Source: Candidatus Parcubacteria bacterium (GTDB lineage: Bacteria > Patescibacteriota > Patescibacteriia > Patescibacteriales > UBA12075). Taken from it: a stretch of DNA of 64,000 bases. A program made the translations under genes and the position numbers. Shown here piece by piece: positions 9,170 through 20,975 of this stretch. Every line of letters begins with the position of its first letter. The first letter of the stretch is position 1. The notes under the pieces are model-generated. The model had not been told where the DNA came from and did no database searches. It saw only the letters and a list, made by a program, of their open reading frames with translations. The stretch lies in contig JAGLYP010000023.1 in assembly GCA_023132155.1 (NCBI GenBank), forward strand, positions 11,504 through 75,503, in the 5' to 3' direction.

Positions 9170-10369
9170 TTAGTTTGGATTATTTAAAAAATTAACCCTT
9201 GGCCAAACAGCCGTAATAGGAATATGATCAATATTTTTGACAAATTCCTGGATACCTAAATAATTCAGTACCCAAGAAAAAACTCGTGCCGTTAGTCGAA
9301 AATCAAACAACAGGAATTCATGGAGTAAATCCTTGTCAATCCAATCATTTTGATTGTTTGTTTCGTCTTTTTCAATATACATTCGAGCTAAGTTTTGTCC
9401 TAACTGTTCCGCAATAATTTCTGTATCGCAAACCTTTTTCTTAGAAGAAGCTATCACTGTTGCTCTTGGCAATAATAACATCAAGAATGACATTACCAAG
9501 GCAGCTATTACGGCTTTTACTAAACCGTGCTTGAGAAATAAGCCTTGGGCTAAAAATTGCTTGCGCCAACATATCACAGACAAGCTGCTTTTCGCAAAAT
9601 CTTTAATCTGGCCGATTTCATCATCAGAAAGAAAAGTAAAAATTTTATTCTTAGTCCGCCGCAATTCCGCCTCAGCCCAAATTCTGCGTTCCGAATATTG
9701 CAGCCATTTGAAAAATATATAAGCCGCAACAAAAGGATACGCAATTAAAGCCAAAACAAAACTTAAGGGACTGCGAAAACAAAAATTTTTATTTCGTTTC
9801 TTGTCTTCGTTCAGCCAAATCAGATAAAGCAACAAAGCTAATGGCAAGGTTTTAAAGTAAAGCAAGAAACACCAATCCAGAATGCCGTTAATCCCCATTT
9901 GTCTAATTGTAGCAAAGGCCTCATCTCTGGCTTCTTTCGCCGGATCAATGTGCTTCTTATACTTTTCTCTGGCTATTTTTACATCATATTCATTATAGCC
10001 ATTATCCAAGCTTTGCCTTGCGAGATACATTAACTGATGAAAATAATTCAAATTAACAACCGCATCTAACTCTAACTCTTTTTGCTTGTCAGAAAAAATA
10101 GCCAGATCGCGAAAATAATGATAAGGAGAATAAACCTCTCCCGCTTCTGCTAAATTCTTTGCCTGTCTTACTTTTTCTTTTGCAAAGCCATATAAGGCAA
10201 TCTGACGCTCCGCTCTTTCTTCCGTTGTCATCGTCAATGTCGGCTTTCCTGGCTCGTGAAGATTTAGAAAACCTTCAACAAAACCAGCACTTGTCATAAA
10301 TAGAAAAAAGAGTATAAACTTAAGCAACCATGGCCGATATATCAATTCTAAAATTTTCTTCACCTTCAC
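9170..10369 (-). CDS. Hypothetical multi-TM protein
   Basis: 399-aa ORF, strong SD AAGGAGGTG, several hydrophobic segments. Confidence 0.7.
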   Translation of the reverse strand: MKVKKILELIYRPWLLKFILFFLFMTSAGFVEGFLNLHEPGKPTLTMTTEERAERQIALYGFAKEKVRQAKNLAEAGEVYSPYHYFRDLAIFSDKQKELELDAVVNLNYFHQLMYLARQSLDNGYNEYDVKIAREKYKKHIDPAKEARDEAFATIRQMGINGILDWCFLLYFKTLPLALLLYLIWLNEDKKRNKNFCFRSPLSFVLALIAYPFVAAYIFFKWLQYSERRIWAEAELRRTKNKIFTFLSDDEIGQIKDFAKSSLSVICWRKQFLAQGLFLKHGLVKAVIAALVMSFLMLLLPRATVIASSKKKVCDTEIIAEQLGQNLARMYIEKDETNNQNDWIDKDLLHEFLLFDFRLTARVFSWVLNYLGIQEFVKNIDHIPITAVWPRVNFLNNPN

Positions 10370-10564
10370 TCACCTCCTTTATATATGTCCGAAATTAATA
10401 TTTAATATTGAATTCTAATTTCAAAGAACACGAAAAGAACATTATATCAAGATAATATACTATTAAAAATTTGTCAATAGCTGTTCCATTGCTGTTCCAT
10501 TGCTCAAAAACGATTTTTTTATTAAAATAGTAACAGTAATATAAAAATTAAATTTGTAGTTTGT

Positions 10565-10889
<325 letters not shown>

Positions 10890-10905
10890 GGTTAAAAAAT
10901 AGCTT

Positions 10906-11541
10906 ATGCAAATAATAAAAATCAATAAAAATAATCTTACAAAAGCAGATGTTGATTTTATCGCGGACGAGTTAATGCAAGGAAGGGTGATAGTTTTACC
11001 AACTGACACTATTTACGGCTTGCACTCTATTGCCACAAATAAAAAGGCGATTGAAAGAATTCATAAAATTAAGAGAATAAGCAAAAAACGTCCCTTGTTG
11101 GTTTTGGTAAACAGTTATCGCATGTTGCGTGATTATGTTTTTGTTTCAAAGACGCAAGAGCGGTATATTCGCTCAATTTGGACGTCAACCGCTGGTTTGG
11201 CAAAAGATAAAAATTATTTGTATAAAAAAAGACCGATAACTTTTGTCTTAAAAGCCAGAGAAAAATTACCAAAAGAAATTCGCGAAAAAGATAATTCACT
11301 GGCGGTTCGCTTGCCAAAAAATGATTTTTTGATTAAAATAATAACAAGACTTAATATTCCTTTGATTTCTACCAGTTTTAATATTGGCGGGCAAAAATAT
11401 AATGAAGATTTTTTAGTAAATTTTAAAAAATTTCAATCAAAGCCAGATATAATAGTTAATTCCGGAAAATCAAAAAATATCAAAGAATCAAGAATTATTG
11501 ATATTAGGGATATTAATAATATAAAAATTATTAGAAACTAA
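10906..11541 (+). CDS. tsaC: L-threonylcarbamoyladenylate synthase (TsaC/Sua5/YrdC)
   Basis: LPTDTIYGL, KIKR...PL, AVRLP, PLISTSFN. Confidence 0.88.
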   Translation: MQIIKINKNNLTKADVDFIADELMQGRVIVLPTDTIYGLHSIATNKKAIERIHKIKRISKKRPLLVLVNSYRMLRDYVFVSKTQERYIRSIWTSTAGLAKDKNYLYKKRPITFVLKAREKLPKEIREKDNSLAVRLPKNDFLIKIITRLNIPLISTSFNIGGQKYNEDFLVNFKKFQSKPDIIVNSGKSKNIKESRIIDIRDINNIKIIRN

Positions 11542-11598
11542 AAAATAATCTGAATTTTTAAACAAAAATAACTTGTTTGTTTGGATTATTACAATTTT

Positions 11599-11727
11599 AT
11601 GGGATGGTTAGCAAAATTATTTGGTCAAAAAGACGAAGAAGCAAAAGAGCAAACACAAGAGCAAGCCGATGAAACTGGCGCGGAAGAATCAACTCAAGGG
11701 GAAAACACTGAAAATCAAAATCAGTAA
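11599..11727 (+). CDS. 42-aa acidic microprotein with N-terminal amphipathic helix (not in ORF track)
   Basis: MGWLAKLFGQKDEEAKEQTQEQADETGAEESTQGENTENQNQ*; fills the tsaC-tatD gap. Confidence 0.6.
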   Translation: MGWLAKLFGQKDEEAKEQTQEQADETGAEESTQGENTENQNQ

Positions 11728-11790
11728 AAAACAACAGATGAACAAGCAATATATGTTTTGTTGATGGTTTTTCTGAAGTTATAAATATTT

Positions 11791-12630
11791 ATGTTAATAG
11801 ACACGCATGCGCATGTTAATTTTGATTTTTTCAAAAAAGACGCGGACGAGGTTATACGGAGGGCTTTAAACGAGAAAGTTTGGATGATTAACGTGGGCAC
11901 TAAATATAAAACATCAAAAAGAGCTCTTGCGCTGGCAAATAAATACGAAAAAGGGGTTTACGCCGCTGTCGGCTTGCATCCGATTCATCTTTTTGAAACG
12001 CGGGCGGATGGAGAGGATTATAGCTTTAATACTCGCGCGGAAGTATTTAATTATGATATTTATGAAAAATTAGCCAAATTTGAAAAAGTTGCGGCTATCG
12101 GTGAAATTGGATTGGATTATTACCATATTGATAAGAATATTGATGTTAATTTGATTAAAGAAACTCAAAAAAAAGCATTTTATGAACAGTTGCTTATGGC
12201 GAGAAGATTGGATTTACCGGTAATAATTCATTGCCGCCAAGCGCATGACGACATGTTTAATTGCTTGAAGAGTTTTCGCAAGGAATATGCCGATTTAATC
12301 CCTAAAAATCGTCCTTGGGGTGTTATGCATTGTTTTTCCGGCAACGAGGATTTAGCTTGGAAATATTTTGGTTTGGGATTGATTGTAAGTTTTACCGGCT
12401 TAATTACTTTTAGCCGGCAGTGGGATGATTTGATCAGGCGTTTGCCAAAAGATAAGTTTATGCTTGAAACCGATTGTCCTTTTATGACGCCTGAACCTTT
12501 TCGCGGCCAAAGAAATGAGCCATTGTATGTTAAATATGTTGCCAAGAGGATTGCGGAAATTAAAAATTTAAGCATAGAGAGAGTAGCTGAGGTTACGACA
12601 AAGAACGCTAAAGAGTTATTTAGAATATAA
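11791..12630 (+). CDS. tatD: TatD family nuclease
   Basis: IDTHAH, GLHP, GEIGLDY, IIHCR, HCFSG, LETDCPF. Confidence 0.93.
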   Translation: MLIDTHAHVNFDFFKKDADEVIRRALNEKVWMINVGTKYKTSKRALALANKYEKGVYAAVGLHPIHLFETRADGEDYSFNTRAEVFNYDIYEKLAKFEKVAAIGEIGLDYYHIDKNIDVNLIKETQKKAFYEQLLMARRLDLPVIIHCRQAHDDMFNCLKSFRKEYADLIPKNRPWGVMHCFSGNEDLAWKYFGLGLIVSFTGLITFSRQWDDLIRRLPKDKFMLETDCPFMTPEPFRGQRNEPLYVKYVAKRIAEIKNLSIERVAEVTTKNAKELFRI

Positions 12631-12674
12631 TTAAAATAAAAAAATAAAATATTAAATAAAAAAAAGGGGGAATT

Positions 12675-13235
12675 ATGGATTCTTTTGAAGTTAGTATTTT
12701 TTCTTTAAGTCTTGAAGAAAAAAAAGAGTGCAAGGAAATGAATATTCCAAATTATTATTGGTATTATTTAAAAAGCAAAAAATTTGGATTCGGAATAAAA
12801 ACATTAAGAAATTTTGTAAAAAGCAGAATAAAACCAATTTTTTCAAAGCAGGAGTTAGAAGTGTTAATAAGAGGTATTGTTGGAAAGATAAGAGAATTAG
12901 TAATTCATTATAATGATGGGAAAAAACAAGGAATTGAATATTTGGAAAAAGAATTTAATTCTGAAATATTTTTTTTAGTAAAAAATATTTTGGATAAAAG
13001 AGAGCGGAGCAAAAAAAGGGGAATTAAAAAAGGGGAAGTTAAAAAAATTTTTACAATAATTTCAAGGGATGGTGATAAACAGATATTAAATCCTGCTTCT
13101 GTTCCTTCGGGTAAAATAGTGAAGGATAGGTGTTGTTTATATTTTCCACAATGTAGCGATTTTATTGCAAGTCATGTCTATAAAGGACGGTTTGATTGTT
13201 CATTTTGTAAGCATAATATTAACAAGGAGGAATAA
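12675..13235 (+). CDS. Hypothetical Lys-rich protein with C-terminal Cys cluster
   Basis: 186-aa ORF, SD AAGGGGG, ends CC-x5-C...CxxC. Confidence 0.55.
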   Translation: MDSFEVSIFSLSLEEKKECKEMNIPNYYWYYLKSKKFGFGIKTLRNFVKSRIKPIFSKQELEVLIRGIVGKIRELVIHYNDGKKQGIEYLEKEFNSEIFFLVKNILDKRERSKKRGIKKGEVKKIFTIISRDGDKQILNPASVPSGKIVKDRCCLYFPQCSDFIASHVYKGRFDCSFCKHNINKEE

Positions 13236-13408
13236 TAAATATGTTCTTCCTTGTTTTATTTTATATTTTTAAAAACCTTGACTTTTTTAAGAATTTGTAA
13301 AATAATAAGAGCATAAAGCTGATAAATCATTTGACATATTATTGATTTGAAAATTTTACATCAAGGACCCTAGATGTCCTTATTTATTTTGTTTGAAGTT
13401 ATATTAAT

Positions 13409-13720
13409 ATGAATGAAAATAATAATAAAATCTCTGAAAATAATTCAAAACAGGCATGGTGGCAGCCGGCTTTAATTTTATTCGCAAAATTTTCCGTGTG
13501 GATAGTTGTTCCGGTGATAGCAGGCGCGCTAATCGGCAAATGGCTGGACAACAGATATGGCACTGATCCTTGGTTGTTTTTGGCGGCGGTTGGATTTGCT
13601 TTTTTAATATCAATGTTCGGATTAATTAGGAGTGTGACAGAGGAGTATGGGAAGATGGAGGATAAAAATAGTATAAATAATCAAGAGACGAGAAACAAGG
13701 ATGGGTTTTTAAAAAAATAA
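13409..13720 (+). CDS. AtpZ/AtpI (ATPase gene 1) family protein
   Basis: GALIGKWLDNRYGTDPW motif, two TM segments, first gene of atp operon. Confidence 0.85.
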   Translation: MNENNNKISENNSKQAWWQPALILFAKFSVWIVVPVIAGALIGKWLDNRYGTDPWLFLAAVGFAFLISMFGLIRSVTEEYGKMEDKNSINNQETRNKDGFLKK

Positions 13721-13818
13721 GACACAAGATACAAACAAAATATAAATCTCAACATATAAACTATGTCTATTGGTTATTGGAATTTGTATCTTGTTTGTGT
13801 CTTGTGTCTTGTGTCTTA
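13679..13818. repeat. Head-to-head heptamer array (AAGACAC / GTGTCTT)
   Basis: aagacacaagatacaaac ... gtatcttgtttgtgtcttgtgtcttgtgtctt. Confidence 0.75.
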
Positions 13819-13831
13819 TTACTTAATTATT

Positions 13832-14680
13832 ATGTCCCATAAAGATGAAAATCACAATTTAGTTGAAACTCACGAAGAAATTGTTCACGAACATACATTG
13901 TTTGCTGAGCCGATTTTTAATCTTGGCGATTTTTATGTTACTAATTCTTTAATGAATTCATGGCTTGTGGTCTTGATAGTGTTAATAATAAGCTTGTTTT
14001 TAAAATCACGAATTAAGGCGATACCCGGGAAAATTCAAAACATGCTTGAAATGATAATAGAAAAATTTTTGGAAATTTTTGATTCCGTAACGGCATCGCG
14101 CAAGCGGTCATTGAAATTTTTTCCGCTTGTTTTTTCTTTTTTTATATTTATATTATTGTCAAATTGGATGGGGCTTCTGCCTGGCGTAGGATCCGTAGGA
14201 CAGGTTGTATCAGAGCATGGACACAAAGCTTTCGTGCCATATTTTCGCGGAGGCACGGCAGACCTGAACACAACCTTAGCTTTGGCTATAATAGGCGTGG
14301 TTGCCAGCCACATATTCGGCGTTGTGGCAATCGGCTTATGGAATTATTTTAATAAGTTTATAAATATTAAAGCGTTTTTGGAGATACCAAAGAAAATAAT
14401 GAAAGACCCCGCAATTATCATAGTCAACCCGATCAAGGCCTTTGTTGGGCTTATTGAAATTATAGGAGAATTTGCCAAGGTCGCCAGTTTATCTTTTAGG
14501 TTGTTCGGAAATATTTTCGCGGGCGAAGTCCTGCTCGCTTCAATGTCGGCCATTCTCGCTTTCGGCCTGCCGATACCGTTTATGTTTTTGGAAATAATAG
14601 TGGGCTTGATTCAAGCGTTAATATTTGCTATGTTGATATTGGCGTATTTAACAATGAATACTAGCGCGGAAGAACATTAA
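13832..14680 (+). CDS. atpB: ATP synthase F0 subunit a
   Basis: NWMGLLP, TADLNTTLALA, SLSFRLFGNIFAGE, IQALIF; start MSHKDE preferred over the repeat-derived upstream ATG. Confidence 0.95.
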   Translation: MSHKDENHNLVETHEEIVHEHTLFAEPIFNLGDFYVTNSLMNSWLVVLIVLIISLFLKSRIKAIPGKIQNMLEMIIEKFLEIFDSVTASRKRSLKFFPLVFSFFIFILLSNWMGLLPGVGSVGQVVSEHGHKAFVPYFRGGTADLNTTLALAIIGVVASHIFGVVAIGLWNYFNKFINIKAFLEIPKKIMKDPAIIIVNPIKAFVGLIEIIGEFAKVASLSFRLFGNIFAGEVLLASMSAILAFGLPIPFMFLEIIVGLIQALIFAMLILAYLTMNTSAEEH

Positions 14681-14707
14681 TAACAGTTAAAAATTTATAA
14701 AGTTTAA

Positions 14708-14968
<261 letters not shown>

Positions 14969-14973
14969 GGTGT

Positions 14974-15030
14974 AACGCTAATCCGCGAATAAACGCGAAT
15001 GCCGCTAATTGCTAATAGTTTATTAGTAGT
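14974..15030. repeat. GCTAAT/GCGAAT short-repeat array (same family as 5375 and 15627)
   Basis: aacgctaatccgcgaataaacgcgaatgccgctaattgctaat. Confidence 0.65.
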
Positions 15031-15130
15031 TTTACGAACTGCTCCAATTTTGGGGCAGCGGTAAAATTGTTAAATCAATTACGAATTAAAATAATTCGTA
15101 ATTGATAATTTTTAATTGAAAATTGAATGT

Positions 15131-15622
15131 ATGGAGAATTTAATTGAAACATTTCATATTGATATAAAATTGCTAATAGCCCAAGTGATTAATTTTGCCA
15201 TTGTTTTCAGTGTTTTATATTTTTTTGCCTTAAAGCCGCTTCTTAAAGTTATGCGGGATAGAACTAAAAAAATTGAAAAAAGCATTGATGACGCGCAAAA
15301 AATAGAAAAAAAATTAAGCAGAACAGATGAAGAATACGACAAGGCAATTGGCAAAGCAAAAAAGGAAGCAAATATTATTATGGAAAAGGCAAATATTATG
15401 GCAGAAGAAAAAAGGCAGGATTTAATAAAAAAAGCCAAAAATGAAATAGGACAGATTATTAATAAAGAAAAAGAGCAAATGCAGGTTGAAAAAGCCAAGA
15501 CACTAAAAGAAATAAAAAAAGAAACAGCGGATTTGGTGGTCGTTTCTTTGGAAAAGATTTTGGAAGAGAAAGTTGATAATAAAAAAGATAGTGAGTTGAT
15601 TAGGAGGATGGTTAAAAAATAA
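15131..15622 (+). CDS. atpF: ATP synthase F0 subunit b
   Basis: AQVINFAIV...LKP...R, long coiled coil. Confidence 0.93.
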   Translation: MENLIETFHIDIKLLIAQVINFAIVFSVLYFFALKPLLKVMRDRTKKIEKSIDDAQKIEKKLSRTDEEYDKAIGKAKKEANIIMEKANIMAEEKRQDLIKKAKNEIGQIINKEKEQMQVEKAKTLKEIKKETADLVVVSLEKILEEKVDNKKDSELIRRMVKK

Positions 15623-15626
15623 GTAT

Positions 15627-15745
15627 AATGCTAATCTGGCGAATAAATGCTAATCTGCGAATTGCGAATGATATGTATTCGCGTATTAGCGATTAGCGGA
15701 TTGGCATTTATTAGCAGATTAGCATTTATTCGCCAGATTAGCATT
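15627..15745. repeat. Head-to-head GCTAAT/GCGAAT array between atpF and atpH
   Basis: Perfect 32-bp inverted repeat 15627-15658 / 15714-15745. Confidence 0.85.
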
Positions 15746-15754
15746 ACATCATTT

Positions 15755-16156
15755 ATGAAGATTACTCCAAAACAATATGCCGAAAGTTTATATCAGGCTG
15801 TTAAAGAAAAGAAAGACAGTGATATTAAAGATGCTATAAATAATTTTTTTAGTATTTTAATTCAGAATAATGACATGGCAAAAGCAGAAGCAATAGTCGT
15901 GGAGTTTGAAAAAATATGGAATATGGAGCAGAGAATTGTTGAAGCGGAACTTGTAAGCGCCAAAGAGCTGGATAATAGTATTGTTAAATTGTTAAATGGC
16001 TATATTGCCGAATTATCCGGAGCTAAAAAAGTTATTTTAAATCAGAAAATAAATAAAAATATTTTAGGAGGAGTGGTAATTAAATATGAAGATAAAATTT
16101 TAGATGGGAGTTTAAGGATGAGGCTGGGAGAGCTAAAAAAGGAGATGGTAAAATAA
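15755..16156 (+). CDS. atpH: ATP synthase F1 subunit delta (short form)
   Basis: [19 protein letters not shown]...DGSL; start MKITPK. Confidence 0.9.
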   Translation: MKITPKQYAESLYQAVKEKKDSDIKDAINNFFSILIQNNDMAKAEAIVVEFEKIWNMEQRIVEAELVSAKELDNSIVKLLNGYIAELSGAKKVILNQKINKNILGGVVIKYEDKILDGSLRMRLGELKKEMVK

Positions 16157-16167
16157 AATTATTAAAT

Positions 16168-16257
16168 AAGATTTTTAAGATTGTTGGGATTTTTAAGATT
16201 GTTAGGATTTTTATTATCCTAATCATCCTAGATATCCTAATCATCCTAAATATCCCA
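16168..16257. repeat. Head-to-head nonamer array (RRGATTKTT / ATCCTAATC)
   Basis: aagatttttaagattgttgggattttt... then atcctaatcatcctagatatcc...; same family at 63418-63487. Confidence 0.8.
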
Positions 16258-16266
16258 TTTTTTATT

Positions 16267-17844
16267 ATGTCAAATACAAAAGATTTCATTGTAGAACAAT
16301 TAAAACGGCAAATTGCCGGTTTTAAGCATGAAATTAAAGAGCAAACCGTTGGCAAGGTTATTAAAATCGGAGACGGAATCGCTCAAATTTCCGGGCTTTC
16401 CGATGTTATGATGTCTGAAATGCTTGAATTCTCAAGCGGCAAAAAATCCGACCCCGCCTCTCGCGAGAAGCGGGGCGAAATCCGATATGGTGTGGCATTG
16501 AACTTGGAGGAAGATAGTATTGGCGCTATTATTTTGGGAGATTTTTTTGGCATAAAAGAAGGAGATGAAGTTAAGTCATTGAAAAAAATTTTAGAAGTTC
16601 CTGTCGGAAACAGCGTAGTCGGAAGAGTAGTTAATCCAATGGGGCAGCCGCTAGACGGAAAAGGAGAAATATTGGCTGATAAATTTTATCCGATAGAAAA
16701 AATCGCTCCGGGAGTAATCGCCCGCGAGTCAGTAAGCGAACCGGTGCAGACAGGAATAAAAGCGATTGACGCGATGATTCCGATTGGCCGCGGCCAGAGA
16801 GAATTGATTATCGGCGACCGCCAGATTGGCAAAACCGCGATTGCCATTGACGCGATAATAAGCCAAAAAGGCCAAAATATGAAATGCGTTTATGTGGCAA
16901 TCGGGCAGAAAGAGTCAAAAGTGGCAAATATCGCGGCTAAACTGGAAGAGCACGGAGCAATGGAATATACGACAATTGTTTTAGCGGGCGCTTCCGATCC
17001 GGCTTCATTCGCGTATATCGCGCCTTACGCGGGTTGCGCTATGGCGGAATATTTTTTGGACAAAGGCGAAGATGTTTTAATTGTTTATGACGATTTAAGC
17101 AAGCACGCCGTTGCTTACCGCGAAATTTCCTTGCTTTTGCGCAGGCCGCCTGGGCGCGAAGCTTATCCGGGGGATGTTTTTTATCTTCATTCAAGATTAT
17201 TAGAAAGAGCCTGTAAATTAAATAAAGATTTTGGCGGCGGGTCAATCACGGCGCTTCCTATTATTGAAACGCAGGCAGGAGATGTGTCCGCGTATATTCC
17301 CACAAATGTCATTTCAATTACTGACGGACAGATTTATTTAGAGCCGGATTTGTTTTATCAAGGCAATCGTCCGGCCGTGAATGCCGGTTTATCGGTTTCC
17401 CGTGTTGGTTCTGCGGCGCAGATTAAGGCCATGAAAAAAGTTGCCGGCAAGATGAGACTGGAAGCAGCGCAATATCGCGAGCTTGCCGCGTTTGCCCAGT
17501 TTGGGTCTGACTTAGACGAAGAAACAAAGAGTAAATTAGAAAGAGGAAAGCGTCTGGTGGAAATATTCAAGCAGGATCAATACAAAACAGTTCCCGTTGC
17601 CAATCAGGTATTAATATTTTTTGCAATAATTTCCGGTTTGCTGGATGATGTGTCGGTTGAAAAAATTTTAGAATTTGAAGAAGAATTAAATAAATACGCG
17701 GAAAACAGCGGACAGGATATATTAAAGGATATTGCGGAGAAAGGAGAGTTGAATGAAAAGTTGGAGGAGAGGATGAAGAAGTTGGTTGAGGATTATAAAA
17801 GTACATTGGATTATTTAGAAAAAGATATTTCCACCGCCCTTTAG
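16267..17844 (+). CDS. atpA: ATP synthase F1 subunit alpha
   Basis: [46 protein letters not shown]. Confidence 0.97.
   Translation: MSNTKDFIVEQLKRQIAGFKHEIKEQTVGKVIKIGDGIAQISGLSDVMMSEMLEFSSGKKSDPASREKRGEIRYGVALNLEEDSIGAIILGDFFGIKEGDEVKSLKKILEVPVGNSVVGRVVNPMGQPLDGKGEILADKFYPIEKIAPGVIARESVSEPVQTGIKAIDAMIPIGRGQRELIIGDRQIGKTAIAIDAIISQKGQNMKCVYVAIGQKESKVANIAAKLEEHGAMEYTTIVLAGASDPASFAYIAPYAGCAMAEYFLDKGEDVLIVYDDLSKHAVAYREISLLLRRPPGREAYPGDVFYLHSRLLERACKLNKDFGGGSITALPIIETQAGDVSAYIPTNVISITDGQIYLEPDLFYQGNRPAVNAGLSVSRVGSAAQIKAMKKVAGKMRLEAAQYRELAAFAQFGSDLDEETKSKLERGKRLVEIFKQDQYKTVPVANQVLIFFAIISGLLDDVSVEKILEFEEELNKYAENSGQDILKDIAEKGELNEKLEERMKKLVEDYKSTLDYLEKDISTAL
16444..16485. repeat. TCGCGA-core REP palindrome in frame inside atpA
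   Basis: CCCCGCCTCTCGCGAGAAGCGGGG flanked by AAATCCGA direct repeats; near-identical to intergenic 23805-23849. Confidence 0.85.
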
Positions 17845-17935
17845 GGCAGGGTTCGTGAGACTTTAGTCTCACGAATAGATGGCAATTTCGGGATGCTAAA
17901 GCATCCTGAATCCTCGGCTAAAGCCGGGCGGAAAT
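17827..17935. repeat. Four-hairpin REP cluster with TTTA/TAAA loops
   Basis: GCCC-TTTA-GGGC, TTCGTGAGAC-TTTA-GTCTCACGAA, TCGGGATGC-TAAA-GCATCCTGA, CGGC-TAAA-GCCG; terminal ATTTCC/GGAAAT. Confidence 0.8.
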
Positions 17936-17941
17936 TTAATT

Positions 17942-18910
17942 ATGGCGAATACAAGAGATATACAAAATAGAATAAAATCCATTAATAATACCAAAAAGAT
18001 TACCAAGGCGATGGAAATGGTGGCGGCGTCAAAGATGCGGCGCGCGATTGAGGCTGTTCTTAAAACCAGGACTTACGCTAATTTGAGTTGGAATATTGTT
18101 TTAAATTTATCGCAAGCAACAAACGGTAACCACAAAAAAGCATTGCATCCGCTTTTAATAAAGCGCGAGAACATTAAAAAAGTCGGCATTATTTTAATAT
18201 CATCCAATAGAGGCTTGTGCGGCGGGTTTAATACGGCTATTATAAATAAAGCGCATAATAGTATCAAAATACATATGGAGCCGGAGGAAGAACAGCCGGA
18301 GTTTATAATAATAGGAAAAAAAGGAGTAACAATAAACAAGTATTACGGATATGATATTGCCGCTGAATTTCCCAAGGCAGATATAATTAGCGAGATAAAA
18401 GAAGTTTTGCCAATAGCGAAAATAGTCTTGGATGATTATTTAAGCGGAAAATATGATAAAATTATGGTTGCTTACACTGATTATGTCAACGCGGCAAAAC
18501 AGATTCCGCGCGTAAAACAGCTTTTGCCGATTGATATATCAACGCAGGATGAATATTTGGGAATTGTCGGTGAAGATACTAGAGTTGGCATTGACAAAGA
18601 ATTTGTTGACAAGAAAAAAGAAAAATATTTGCGGGATGAAAAGCATATATATGAATATACTTTTGAGCCGAATCCAAAAGAAGTTTTAGACGAAATGATT
18701 CCACGCTTGATTGAAGTTCAGCTTTTTCAGGCATTACTGGAGTCAAACGCGTCAGAGCATAGCGCGCGAATGTCGGCAATGCATCAGGCAACAGACGCGG
18801 CTCAAGACATGGCGGACGAGTTAACGCTTTTTTATAACAAATCAAGGCAGGCGGCAATCACGAACGAGATCGCGGAGATTAGTGCTGGGGCGAATGCGTT
18901 AAGCGAATAA
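17942..18910 (+). CDS. atpG: ATP synthase F1 subunit gamma
   Basis: KITKAMEMVAASK, RGLCGGFN, ASEHSARMSAM, RQAAITNEI. Confidence 0.96.
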   Translation: MANTRDIQNRIKSINNTKKITKAMEMVAASKMRRAIEAVLKTRTYANLSWNIVLNLSQATNGNHKKALHPLLIKRENIKKVGIILISSNRGLCGGFNTAIINKAHNSIKIHMEPEEEQPEFIIIGKKGVTINKYYGYDIAAEFPKADIISEIKEVLPIAKIVLDDYLSGKYDKIMVAYTDYVNAAKQIPRVKQLLPIDISTQDEYLGIVGEDTRVGIDKEFVDKKKEKYLRDEKHIYEYTFEPNPKEVLDEMIPRLIEVQLFQALLESNASEHSARMSAMHQATDAAQDMADELTLFYNKSRQAAITNEIAEISAGANALSE

Positions 18911-19135
18911 ACTACAAGAATTATTTATAAAAAAGAATAAATAAATTTAATGTTCGTTTAAATAATTCTTTTTCATAAATAATTCTTGTAGTTAATATTG
19001 AGGAAAAAAAAGACCGCAACTGTGAGGTCGCGGTCAATGATAATAAGAAAGGTTTGTAAGAGTTGGATGTCTGGCTTCGGCAGAATGTCTAGCTCCAATG
19101 AAATTTTATCCATTTTCCACTTCTTTTGTAAAGAG

Positions 19136-19414
19136 CTAATTAAAGCGAAAATATCGCATCAGTTGGCATAAATAGGGGATTTGGTAAAGGCTAGCTATTC
19201 CAGATCCCACACCTCCTAAAAGTAAAATAATTTCCAGAGTTGGCGATATATGGGACGCTTGCCCCGATAATACCGTTAAATTGCATATCATCGAAATTAT
19301 AAAAAAATGGAGCCATGTTATTGGGCTACATCCTGCCCACTCCCACTTGTTTATGGTGTTATTCCATTCGTCCGTCACATTATCCAATTTTTTCATAATA
19401 GCTTTCTTTTTCAT
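19136..19414 (-). CDS. Small two-TM hypothetical protein inserted antisense between atpG and atpD
   Basis: SD AAGGAGG, upstream TTGACA-17-TATTGT, downstream hairpins near 19010-19036 and 19061-19097. Confidence 0.6.
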   Translation of the reverse strand: MKKKAIMKKLDNVTDEWNNTINKWEWAGCSPITWLHFFIISMICNLTVLSGQASHISPTLEIILLLGGVGSGIASLYQIPYLCQLMRYFRFN

Positions 19415-19487
19415 AATATCCTCCTTTTAAATTGCTTATTATGTACAATATAGATAATATAACAATAGCATAAAATAATTAATTTGT

Positions 19488-20944
<1,457 letters not shown>

Positions 20945-20975
20945 AAATATAAAATTTTTAATTTCCAATTTTTGT

